Assembly: GCA_030704615.1 (NCBI GenBank)
Contig: CM060731.1
Location: 93,992,001-94,056,000 of the forward strand
Reading direction: 5' to 3'
Length of the DNA: 64,000 bases
Source of the DNA: Takakia lepidozioides
Lineage: Eukaryota > Plantae > Bryophyta
Both the position numbers and the translations under genes were made by a program. The notes under the pieces were generated by a model. It was not told where the DNA came from. It saw nothing but the letters and a program-made list of their open reading frames with translations, and searched no databases. Shown piece by piece: positions 35,029 through 46,885 of this stretch (position 1 is the first letter of the stretch; every line of letters begins with the position of its first letter).

Positions 35029-38000
35029 GTGCTGCCCACTCGCACCGTTGTCTCGCAACAGAGCACGGAGAGCAGACCTCCAAGGAAGGGTGGGAAACTT
35101 CGGAAGAAGGCCGCCGCATCACATGAGGCAGGGATGGTGTCCACAGCCACCACGATGTCCGGGGATCCCGTGCTTGTATCCCCCATATGTGCAAGCGGCA
35201 CCTCCGCAGGTCAAGCGCAACGCGTTCCGCCTTCCCCCATTTCAACAACCGGGGCCTCGCCAGGTCCAGCAACAAGCGCCCAAGCAGGTGGTAACTCCAA
35301 TCCCGCGCACGAGAATGTGGTGGCAGACGTTGTCTTCACTGCAGACATGCGCAAGCAAGCACTTTTGTCATTGACGACTAGTGCAATGAACCACACTATG
35401 AGCTCCATTGCGCACTTGCTGAAGGGTGGGGCCCCTCCACGAATCCCATTGTGCAGGATGAAGCCCCTCCCGACTGTGCGAATGGCCGAGCGACCAGGCA
35501 TCAATAAGCTGAAGCTCTACTTTGAGGCAGATCGCTACAACGACGCCCTCGCTTCATTGTTGCTTTCAATAAATGACGACAGTTGGCAAGCTCAGGACAT
35601 ACAACCGACAGACCGTGGAAATTGGTCACCGCATTGGCAAGCAGCGGATGCTGCATTTGAGGATGACATAAGGAACACCTAGTGGGAGTTCCTTTCGAAC
35701 AAATGGCTACACATTTACGACGGCAATCACAGGTGGTACGCGTGGATGGAGGTCATTTCGGAGCAGCACGTTGACAATGCAAGTTGGCACTACCGTGTGA
35801 ACGCAAAAATTCTCGATGTGAGGAGTTTCGATCTGGGCCTCATACGATGTGCAATGAACAGAATGAATGTGTAAGTATGTCCGTGCATTTGTGCTCACAT
35901 GAACAAAGTTGAAATTTGTGCATGAGCATGGGTCACCGTGTATGGAGTATCTCCATATATATGCTTAAACCCTTACAGTCGGGAACGACTGTAACTGTTT
36001 CCAAAGGGACGGGAGGGCACTTGTGCATCGCGGAATTGAGAAGTAACGGTGGTTATTAAAAGAGCATTGTTGAAACCACAACATTTTTCTTCTCTGTCAC
36101 TTCCACTCCCCCTTAAACAAGTACGTAGTTGTCAATACAACAGAACGCATTGCCCATGCAGGAGTACCAGGTTATAGTCGAGACCGACTATGGCAGACTG
36201 CGTACAATTTTTACCTCACAGTTTTTACCCCTTCTTCATTTCAAGTGGTATAGTCGTTCTTGACTACACGAATTTGGAGGGGTGGAACACTGTATGAAGT
36301 TGTCTTTGTTGATGCCCGACTATGTAGGAGTAGTTTCATGTCATAGTCGTTGCCGACTATGAGAAGTTGTCGTGTGCTTTGTGCAGCGTAACGGATCGTG
36401 GGAACGTCTCGTCCGAGCTCCCTCACAAGCTTTTTTACTTCAAAAAATGCGCCACGACACCAGTCGAGCAATACGAATCATCACTTCCACCAGAAGTGTA
36501 CGAGAAGTGTTTGAACAAGCGGGATGGGAATTGGATGACGATACCACGAGATGCTCTCATAGAGTACATGGGTCAAGAAGGATTCCGCAGAATTAGAAAT
36601 GCCTGCTTAGAAGCCCATGCGCACTTGCCCGCAACGGCGGAAACCACAAAGCTAATTAGGAAGGCCATTGCAACTGAATTTCAAGTGCATAGGACGAAGT
36701 GGTACACCAAAATTGTAAAGTATTCGTCTATTTGTGACCCAGCTTTGGGTGCTGAGTTCCTCTTGGAGATAACCGCGCATTACAAGAAATTGGCCGTCAA
36801 CCAGAAGCCCGAGATGACATTAGAGAAGTTGCAGATGTTGGCCACCAGTGAGGTTACAGCTGCGGAGAAGGTTGCATGGTTGAAGATATGGAATTCCGAC
36901 CCTGGGATTAGGAAAGATGTCAAATTTCCGAAGGTGCCAACAGATGTGGTGTTCGGCTTATGGTTGGACAAGATGACATGGTGGTTCCAGGTAAGCAGTG
37001 AAACATACATCATGACGTTTTGTATATTCATTTGTGAGACCCATTCTGATTTGTAAGCTCCGGATGCAGCAAAAGGAGGAAGCTCAGCGGCAGTTGGAGT
37101 GGCTCATTCAAAAGGGTTTCTTGCAGCTACCAACCCGGGAGGAAGCACCATCTGTAAGGTCTCTGTCAGATTGGGTGGATGATTTCCGTATAAAGTATTG
37201 GAGGGAATTGTTTTGGAGCGAGATGAAGGACGGCCCTGCTCGAAGCTGGCAGATTACCGAGCAGCCAGGGGGGACTCTACCGGCCCGTCGAATTGTTTAC
37301 AGGTTTGAATAGTTATCAGAGTTCCATCAATTTACATTTGCGCAAATATTTAAGTCATGGTGGAGTGCGGAGGTTCCAAACATTAACACGTGACTCGTAC
37401 AATTTTGTATGTATCTCAATTTCTACTTGCTCGCCAACAAGCACATAAAGTGTATGCCGGCCATGGTCACACAGTGGGCTAGTTAGCGGGGTGACTGCAC
37501 AATGTACAACGGAAGGCAGTTGGGCCTATACGTGAAAGCATCACATCTACCGTGCTTCTGGTGGCTCGACTTGCCACCGAATTTTACTCCTGACGAGGAG
37601 ACTGAATTGTACAAGAAGTACACGAATCATGAACTGCCGGCACCAACAAATATGGAGCCCTTGATGGAGGAAGGTGCCGAGGAGGCTGCTGATGTTGCTG
37701 CAGCCCAAATAGAAGAAGCAAAGACGGCTCTACAGGCAGCAGTCGCAACAAAAAAACAGAGGAAAAGGAAGCAGAAACCGAAAAAAAACACCAACACAGT
37801 ACAAGTCACCCCCCTATGCACAAGGCGTGGAGGCAACACGGGTATGGAGGGTGTTGATGAGACAAACGGTGCAAACAGGCATGAGAACCCAGCTTACGGA
37901 CATTTTACCCAAGCCTTGCATAATTTCCAAGTGGAGCGGAGGAATAGGTCTGCTCGCACGTTAACATTTGGGGCAGGAGGCAATGAGGGCAGGCTGCTGC

Positions 38001-39428
38001 AGCTTGCATCTGTGCTGCTGTACGAAGCAATAGCCTTGCGAGAGGGGGTTGCAAACACTGAGGTCAAATGCTTAAAGTGCGATTGGTTTCAATTAGTCAT
38101 CTGCAGATTGGACACAAAAGGGTCGTCCAGTAGTTGGCCGGAGCCGAGGGGAGAAATTGACGCGTTTCTTGAAAGGCACGTACCAACTGACCCTTCACAC
38201 CGTTTGCTAAGGGGGACAAAAGCAGGGGCGGATTTGGTTATAATTGACCTCCCCGATGGGCAAGTTGTCAAAGGTAGTGGCCGAGACAATGTTGTTGCAA
38301 GTTGGAACAACAAGAGCAAGGATACAGTTCCTCATGCATTGGCACTGGCATCCTCCATATTGAAAGACAAAGGGTGCCTTGTGATGTTCTGCAAGGGGGA
38401 TGCAAAGACAGAAATTGAAGTCCGGAGATGCGTTGGGCCGGCCGGGCCATTCAATTTTTTTTTTTTTAAAATGGACTTGCCTCAATCTAATTCCATTGCA
38501 AACTAGAGATGTTGGCGAACCACAGGTGGGTTTACCATCAACGCATGCCATGAAGTTTTTGCTAAAATGTTCGCAAAGGATTAAAATGATAAGTGTAAGT
38601 CCACGGTATGTCTTTCATAGAACACCACTTTCCAGCAGTCGCCGAGTAATAGTCGGTAACGACTATTACCAACAGTGGCGGGGCAATTCATTTTGTTGGT
38701 GTAGGAACATAGTCGGTGGCAACTATGTTGCACGCTTCGGGTGGTCGGTGAGTGGTCCTCGTGGAGGAGTTCCAAGTGATAGGGGTTCTGCTACAGCGTG
38801 CTTACATTGGTGCTATTATCATAGTCGGTAACGACTTTCATAATTGAGTATTTTATGTTTATGCGTTACCACCATAGATGAGGCATAGTGTGCACCGACT
38901 ACGAGAGGTCAACTTACAGATTGTACGGAATATTTGCATTGTATTTAACATTGAATAATGCAGACTGTCATATTCTACGCCTTCTGCCTTCTGAAGACCT
39001 TGGAGGGGGATTTCAACTTTCGGGATGTTGGTGGCAAGCTTGATACCGACCACGATGTGATCAGTGAAGACCTCGTTTGGAACATGGTGAGAGCAGATAG
39101 GCTTCACAAACGCCAGGATGGGTCATTCTTACGAGGGGCGCGGGAGAAAAGCCCTCGATTTCTGCAAACGTTCATGGAGTTATGTTCACCGGAAGGAGGG
39201 GTAGTGGTTGATTTCACACCGGGATGCGGGGCCTCCATGGTCGCTGCCACTATTTGCGGAAGGCATTTACTTGCGATGGAGGGGGACGAGGAGCTCCTTC
39301 GAGAAAGACTCTGTGGATTGCAACGGGCCCAACCAACGTTGCAAATGGCAACAGGCAGTCATGGCGATAACGAATGGATGAACGATGACCGCGAGGAGTC
39401 GCAAATTCAAATCCAATCCTTGGAGTGA
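35029..39428 (+). pseudogene. Spliced gene: ParB/Srx-like N-terminal domain fused to a beta-class amino (N4C/N6A) DNA methyltransferase-like domain
   Basis: IPLCRM..VR...WLHIYDGNHRWYAW (DGNHR at 35719-35733, after an in-frame TAG); ADLVIIDLPDG (38228-38260) at the DPPY position; REKSPRFLQTFMELCSPEGGVVVDFTPGCGASMVAA..CGRHLLAMEGD (motif X-I, SAM binding). GT splice donors at about 35871 and 36991. Confidence 0.75.
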
Positions 39429-39462
39429 GTAAGACCACTTTCCAGGTACATGCATTAAATAT

Positions 39463-40059
39463 GTGAAAGTGACTACGCAGAGTTGTCTTCGTTTTCGTCA
39501 TATTGGCTCGTGGGGTGTATCAACTAATTGCTTTCGTCGTCTTTGCAGCGATGAACCGGAGACGCATGGTGCAAAGCGACAATGTGGGGGCATCACCGGG
39601 ATTCCACGAAGCTCAATACATACAGGGAGTGGGGAAGGTGCGTTAGAGAACACCCTTACGCTTGAGGAGCGACTTGCACAGATACACACTCCGGAAAAAA
39701 GCTACGTTCTTCCTCCCTATGCGGCGGTAGTAGCCAATGCTCAAGCAGAGGAGCAATGGACAGGAGTGTCTCAAATGGCAAAATGGCCAGCGTAAAGAAG
39801 GGCGGCTTTGCAACGCGGTCGGGTACAACCCTATGTAGATGGGGAGGCGGAGGAGGGTTCTGGAAGCGAGGAGCCAACAACGGAGGAAGAATCCTCTGAT
39901 GACAGTGGTGAGGAGGAGAGCAATGGGGACAGAATTACAACCCCAAAGAATGGTCTTGAGGAAACAGAGGGTCCACATCTGGGGACAATTGTACCAGGGG
40001 GATTAGACCATATAGCTATGGAGTATGCAGATGACGTCCCGCGTCCAATGGAACAGTAG
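39463..40059 (+). pseudogene. Acidic, low-complexity coding remnant
   Basis: Two consecutive ORFs (39463-39795 and 39808-40059) with Glu/Ser-rich composition; no domain recognised. Confidence 0.3.
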
Positions 40060-41228
40060 TTGTACTCATAGAGAATTTTGGAAGTTAGCTACTGTTTCAG
40101 AGTATACATAGTCCATGTTCGCAGGTGTTTTCACGATGGGGTCCTATGGAGCATAAGACTTAATTCAAATTCAATTTAAATTGCTTCCAAGATGTTCAAC
40201 TGTGCCAATGCCATTTCTCTTAAGTGTACCCATTTTTGGAGGTGCTTTCAATGGGCTCCCAATATGCATAGACCATAAATTTGACCTTAAGGAAAAATTT
40301 ACGTCATTGAAACTGGGAGAACAGATGTAAAACTTCTTCATAACATGATGATCACGGCTTACCATCGGCTCACATGAGCATAGCTCCTATGCTCACGTCA
40401 ATGACAGAGGCATTCGACAGCTTTGTCCAAATATACATTTCCTCTTTGGAGTCACGCCCTTTAGGTCGGTGCCAATTATGCACTGTGTGACCATTGTTTT
40501 ATACATGTTCTTTATTTTTTTCATCAGAAATAACCTTATTGTGTAGTAGAAGTCAATATGACCATCGATTTGTGAAGTATGAGGATGAATCGCCGAGTGG
40601 ATATTGCAACTATAGAAGTCGTTGCCGACTACCTGGGCTTGCCCCAGACGCCATAGTCATAGTCGGTGACGACTATTAAGAAGGAGTCGTGACAGTTGTT
40701 GGAACAATAGTCGGTGCCGACTATTAGGTTGGGGTTCCAGATATAGGTCAATTTGCGAATGGATAGTCTATTGGTTGATAATGAGCAAAATTTCAAGGAA
40801 GCCGATTCACTGGTTAAGATAATCATATCAATGGAAGTAGAAATTGATGATTTGAAGAAGGGGATGGCCGAATTGTGCAATGAGAGAGCTTCGATACTTG
40901 AGGACTTGGACTTATGAGGGCTGCGATGAAGGTCCATGAAACAAGTGGTAGCTCATAGAAACAAGTATTATTAGAGTGGATAAAAGTTTTAAGCAAGAAA
41001 TGGGCAATCTTGTATCCCGATTGAGAAAGGAGGAAACATATTGCGTAGATATGCAGATTGTACATGAGAGATTTGTAGATACACCGTTAGGGGAAAGGTG
41101 TAAGACCTTGTAGAAAAAAATGAATATTATGCACGGAAATGAAATCAGATGTTGCTTTGGAGAAAGAACAAATCCAAAGAGAAAAAACGTGATAGCAAAT
41201 TTTATTGCGGAAATGGAAAGCAGTACAC

Positions 41229-41883
41229 TTAGTCCGCAAATAGGGAGGCGGAAAAAAGATTGAAAATCAAAATGCCCATGTTTTCTCTTACAACCTGTGG
41301 CGGCAAAGCGGGCATGTGCCATTTGTGGTGAACCCAAGTCTCAATGCACGCACTGTGGAATGAGTGTGCGCAGGTTGTCACCGTGCGCATACATTCTCCA
41401 GCTTGGACACATTGGAGGCAGATACTGCACGACTGTATTGCGTGTGCTTCCGGCGGGAGAACAAACTCCGGAGCTTCTCTGTTGAAGACCTCCATGGAAG
41501 CAGCAATCCAATACAATTCGTCCTTCCCGACAATGTCCAATTCCTCAAAGGCATGTATAGGATCATACTGTGCACCTGCAACTTTGTCCTCGGATGCTTC
41601 TTCCGACAAGTCCGAATCCATAAAAACCCACCACGAAGCTCTATTTGCCGAAAATGCAAGGCTATCGCCGATGGCTTCGTCGAAATGCGAAAAACAAAGC
41701 AATTGAAAAGGACTGAGGCCTCTCCTCGTCAGATTCCACCGGTGCGCTGCTAGTTTCCCTTGCAGCATTGTGCATCTTTGGAGCCGGACCATCGTCCGAA
41801 ATTTCCCGCTGCTCAGGGGGCGGAGGCTTTTCGCTGTCCAATTGCTGCACGCGATCATTGTTGGTTCCTACATCATTGTACAT
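41229..41883 (-). pseudogene. RING-H2 finger protein (putative E3 ligase), frameshifted
   Basis: CSICLQ..AGECMRTVTTCAHSFHSACIETW. ATG at 41883 with a TATA box at about 41902-41909; frameshift near 41695. Confidence 0.8.
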
Positions 41884-42349
41884 AGTGGAGGGTCACCACT
41901 GTTTATAAGTCCCCGAAATGTTGTAGTCGTCCCGACTTCACCTTCACCACCAAAAGCAAATGGTTGAAGGGAATGAAAACCACAAGTGCCTTTAATCTCC
42001 ACGTCATGGCTTTCCTGTCAGGCCACCGTTCGTTGAAAAAATGGTTTTTTATTCATATGACGGCATATTCCCGTGGCCCAATTCCCCACAACCTATTCCC
42101 GCGATGGAAATTCCGGCGTCCTATAATCGGCACGGACTATGTAGGTTCGGCAACTGCCGAACCAATCGTATCGAATCCGAACTTAACGTTTATCCACCAC
42201 TATGTTCACGCACGAGCACTTTTTGGCATGAAAAACGGGCAAATTGTGCATTTTTTAAGTGCAAAATTAGGGAATATTCTTTGAAATGTGCTCTGCTCAT
42301 GCTAAGATCCGCTCATGCTCATGCTCACCACTCATGCAAAATCCACACC

Positions 42350-43740
42350 CCATTCATTCAATGGGCGATTGAATGGTTGCCCATTCAAATGATTTTCGTT
42401 TGCTTTCAATATTTGCCACTATATTCAACATACCATGTATCAGGTCCCGGACTAATATCAGATCAATCGAAATTCATTCGATGGCTCAACGGATGGTTGG
42501 CCATCGAAATGATTTTGGTTCGCTTTGAGACTTGGCCACTATGTTCAATGTGCCATGTAAGAGGCCCCAAAGTAATATGAGATCAATCAAAATTCGTTTA
42601 ATGGGCCAACGGATGGTTGCCCATCCAAATGATTTTCGTTTGTTTTGAAACTTGGCCAGTGTGTTCAATGTACCCTCTGATACGTCCCAGTGTAATACGA
42701 GATCAATCGAAATTCGTTCAATTGTCCAATGAGGCGTTCACTTGTCATCTGGTTTTTGTTCAATGCGAAAAAAAAATCCTGCAATGCGTGCACGGCTATT
42801 GCACCCATTGAACGGATGTGGTTGAAGACCCTCTTTTGCCCGCATGTGCTTGAACATGTGTGCGACATATGTGCATAGACACAACAGACGAATAAATCAT
42901 TTGCCTCCCCGTCGACGCACTCCCCCCTCAAGCCATTCCACAATTTAATTGAATTTAAATTTATTTTAAGCCAATAAATAGGTTTGCATTGCCTTTCATT
43001 GGGGGTTTCTGGCACGTATCGATTTTGTTTTTGGCTCAATTTTGTTCTGCGGCTTCCAGCATCCCACTGCTACTCCCCCGCCAAATTTTGGACCAATAAA
43101 AAATGCCCCAAAAAAAAAGAATGTTCTCTTCGCTCACTATTGCAGAACTCTCTATGAAGAGTGCATGAAGTAGAATACAAATCAAGTTTGGAAGTGCAAA
43201 ACAGGGAAGAAACTGTGGTTTTGGGTCCAAATGAATTTTGATCGCTCCCAAATTTGGCACGCACGTTGCATATGGCTACATTACACGCCCCATTCAAAAA
43301 TAGAATGAAAAAAAAAATCGTGAGCACACGAAACACAGTCCAACAGGTCCCAAACCAATAGCAGATCCAACGGAATACATTCAACGGGTGAACGGATGGT
43401 TGCCCATCCAAATCATTTTTGTTTGCTTCCAAACTTTGCCAGTATGTTCGAGACACCCTCTCACAGGTCCCGGACTAATATCAGATCAATCAAAATTCAT
43501 TCGATGGCTCAACAGATGGTTGGCCATCGAAATGATTTTGGTTCGCTTTGAGACTTGGCCACTATGTTCAATGTGCCATGTAAGAGGCCCCAGAGTAATA
43601 TGAGATCAATCGAAATTTGTTCAATAGGCCAACGGATGGTTGCCCATCCAAATGATTTTCGGTTGCTTTGAAACTTGGCCAGTGTGTTCAATGTACCCTC
43701 TGATACGTCCCAGTGTAATATGAGATCAATCGAAATTATT
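42350..43740. repeat. Two arrays (42350-42745 and 43360-43740) of a 120-bp tandem repeat
   Basis: aacggatggttgcccatccaaatgatttt...gatcaatcgaaattc recurs at 42368/42488/42608 and 43391/43511/43631. Confidence 0.95.
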
Positions 43741-44185
43741 TTGTGTTTTGAGAACTTTGTGGGTATGTTCGTAGAAAGATCATAGATTTTGCGAAATGAT
43801 TATGAAATACGCAGGGACCAGGCGAAATTTGTTTTGAAGACGACCGTTCGTAACTCGTTATAACTTATTGGTTAACATCAATTTTCCTTGTTCTCCAGCT
43901 TTCAGAGTTCATTGCAAATACCCACATACACGTCATGACCAAATATGACACCATTGTAAATTTGTTTACAGGGTGATCTACTTCTTTCCCATCACACGAG
44001 TGTAAATGTGAAGAAAACGCTGCTTATGCAATTGAAATTGGCAGGTGCCGCACATGTGCATTGTGTATTAACAAAATTGGTGATATACAAACTTGGCAAA
44101 ATGCCATCATTGTGTTTTCCAACAATATTCAAGGTACAACAAAAATGCATATTGTATATGTACTACGCTGCCAGTCATTAAAAGC

Positions 44186-46525
44186 CTAGTCGTCACTGTC
44201 CGAGGACAAGGAATTTGATGCTGTGGCCTGATTTGCACTGCCAATTGCCAGAACTTGCGACCGTGATCTCGTGGTCAGTGAGGGGCCCAACGGCATGTGA
44301 TCAATTCTGGCTTGCATCCGCCTACTTCGCGGCGAAAGTTGATTTTCTTCTTCACTCTCACGACGTTGCGGAGGTGGATCGAGAACAAGTGCTCGGACTG
44401 CGTGCAAATCGGCAACGAGGTCGTCCACATCCGACAATACAGCTCCCGAAACACGATGATAATGGTCTGTCCATAGTCGCCTCCATTTCTCTACAACTGC
44501 CTTGATGGTACATTTGAAACTTTCCAACTGCCTCTCGCGGGCCCTGTCCCTAATCATTGTGTCGTTTCGATGATAAGCCGCCTCGTACGCCTCATTCATT
44601 CAGCGTTGACATATTATAGCACATTTCAGTTCGGACAACAACAAATGTCTCCCAGTCGGCTGTCGGTCATACAATTCGTTCTCCTCTGGCACCCATGGAA
44701 CCTGTGGGAGCCGGATAAACCTGGACATTCTTTGACTCCAATGCCCTCCCAGATTGCGGCAAAACTGCTCTCTCTCCCACCAATCTTGAATGCCTCCCGC
44801 ACATATGGCTATCTCCCAGTCAGATGTGACCTAGAAATACTGGGGATCTTTGATGTATGCCGGGTTTCCGGCATGTATGCTATGCATCTCTCTGTCTGCA
44901 TCCCATACCAAGTTCTTGCCCCAATGCACACAATTCAGAAATGTGTATGGTAGCCCATCCAATGGGAGGTTGTGTCGATTGTATTCAAAACCTATGGGCA
45001 TCCGATCCCCCAAGCCCACTAGTTCATAGAAATGGCGATGTATTGGTGTATGGCATTCTGGGCAAGCGCTCGTCCGCAAGGCTTGCGGGATAAGACATGT
45101 GAGATGAAATATATGTCCACAAGATCCAAGCACATGACATCCCTCTGGGCCGTATGGATTTTCTACACATCGAACAAACTGTGCCATCTGATATCTATGA
45201 CGGCAAAACACCTCGTGGTATCTCCTCCCTCTGGGCCGGTTTGATGTGGCTGGTCATCCTTGTTGTGGTGTCCCATTCTTCTTCTATCTCTAATTCCCAG
45301 TTTATGCTTCTGTTCGACCCCGAAATTCTGTGCTCACATCGATCAAACATAGAATCCATATCTGCCCAATTGGTGTACCCGGCGAATACGCTTGATGCGA
45401 TGAGGAGATCGTTATACCTTTGCATGTTGGCATAAATGTTATCCACGCTACGGTTCGACATGCGTGCGACACGTTGCAAGCCTGACAGTGCCCGCTCTAC
45501 CCGTGCTTCTCTGGAGGCCAAATGGGTCGCCCATTGTACCCAATTCTCCCAATCGCCATTCAATGGGTCCCATGCCCGAATCTCCAGCGTTTTGGACAAG
45601 CGCCATGCAGTTGCCATGGGAATGTCCCGCTCCTGTGTAACGCGGTCGACATCTAATATCGGGTTCATCTCCGATTGAATGGCGACCCTCAAGCATTCCC
45701 CGGTTTCCAATACTGGTTCTTTTTCTTTCCTCCTTCTCTCATCGGCAATTCGTTGTTCCTCAACCATGGTTTCATCGGCCATAGGGTCAAGGACGTCTGT
45801 AATTTCCTGAATGATAAGGTCAATACTGCGATCGGGCATCGCAAATTCCGCGTCCATGTCCACGACGTTTGTTCGATCCTCATTGTGGACAACAGTGCCT
45901 TCATTGTTTGGAGGCATGTCTTGCAATTTAGCTTCCAACTCGGCTATGCGCAGTGTTTGCCAGTCTAGTCGATCCTGCAGGGTCCTGATTCGCTGTCTCT
46001 TTCCGCCAGTTGTTCCTCTAACGTTGCAGCCGGTTGTATTCCGAACGTGTCCGGGATGTACTCCAAATCGTATAGCAACCTTGCGTTCCTCCTACTAGCA
46101 GTTTGTCAATTCACTGGACGCAAGAGTATGACCTCCACGTACAACATGGCTGCCAAGGTGTACGGGATTTGACCTTTTAAGAGAGGTTGACCCCACAATG
46201 TGCAATGCACCTCATTCGCCCTATGCTGTAAATGCAAGTTCGTGCAAGACCTGGACTCTGCGTAATTGTTTCGGATTTGCACGTCATGCCTATCCAAAGG
46301 GCACAATCAATTGATGTGGTACCATTTCACGAATTTTTTGCATCTCGTCATCGGCCACCGGAACTCTTTCGAAACATCCTCCCAGCCCTCTTCTGCTAGT
46401 ATGCTAGGGTTACCATATACTTCCCAATTCAAGTCTTGCCTTGACCCTTTGATTTTTTTAGGGGGCGGTCCATGTTCCTTGGGGTCATCTCTTCCATGAC
46501 GGTCATCGTCCTGGCCCTCTGCCAT
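44186..46525 (-). pseudogene. Large disrupted gene with a RING-like finger (transposon cargo)
   Basis: Chain of ORFs 46307-46525, 46106-46306, 45195-45938, 44831-45211 (C..C..NPYGPEG..LGSCGHIFHLTCL..ACPEC) and 44186-44599. Minus-strand TATA box at about 46843-46850. Confidence 0.7.
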
Positions 46526-46885
46526 TCTGCAACAATCGGAGCAACACTAAACAAGGTTTTCTAATAAGACGTAACTCTAAACCTTTCCCCCGTTAAGTAG
46601 GTTTGAGTAGGTGTCAAAATAGTTCCTAAAAGTTACTTTTATAGAATAAAATGATCCTGGAAGCCAGATGAGGGCCTATGGGAGCATTCTGCAACGACCT
46701 CACAGAAATCGTGGCAAAAAATACCCCCCCACCCAACCAATGGTCTCCTTCTCCACGTGACTACGTGTCGTGGACTAATGAAATGTCACGCACACAGAAT
46801 TTGTGTGGAGAGGAAATGAGGGAAGAATGAGCCTCCCTTGGCTTATATATCCCCCCCCCCTCATTCCTTAGGGCGAATCTTCTAG

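Noticed and set aside
40760-41230. Coiled-coil-like coding remnant on the plus strand (MDSLLVDNEQ..MEVEIDDLKKGMAEL)
   Set aside because: Multiple stops and no identifiable family.
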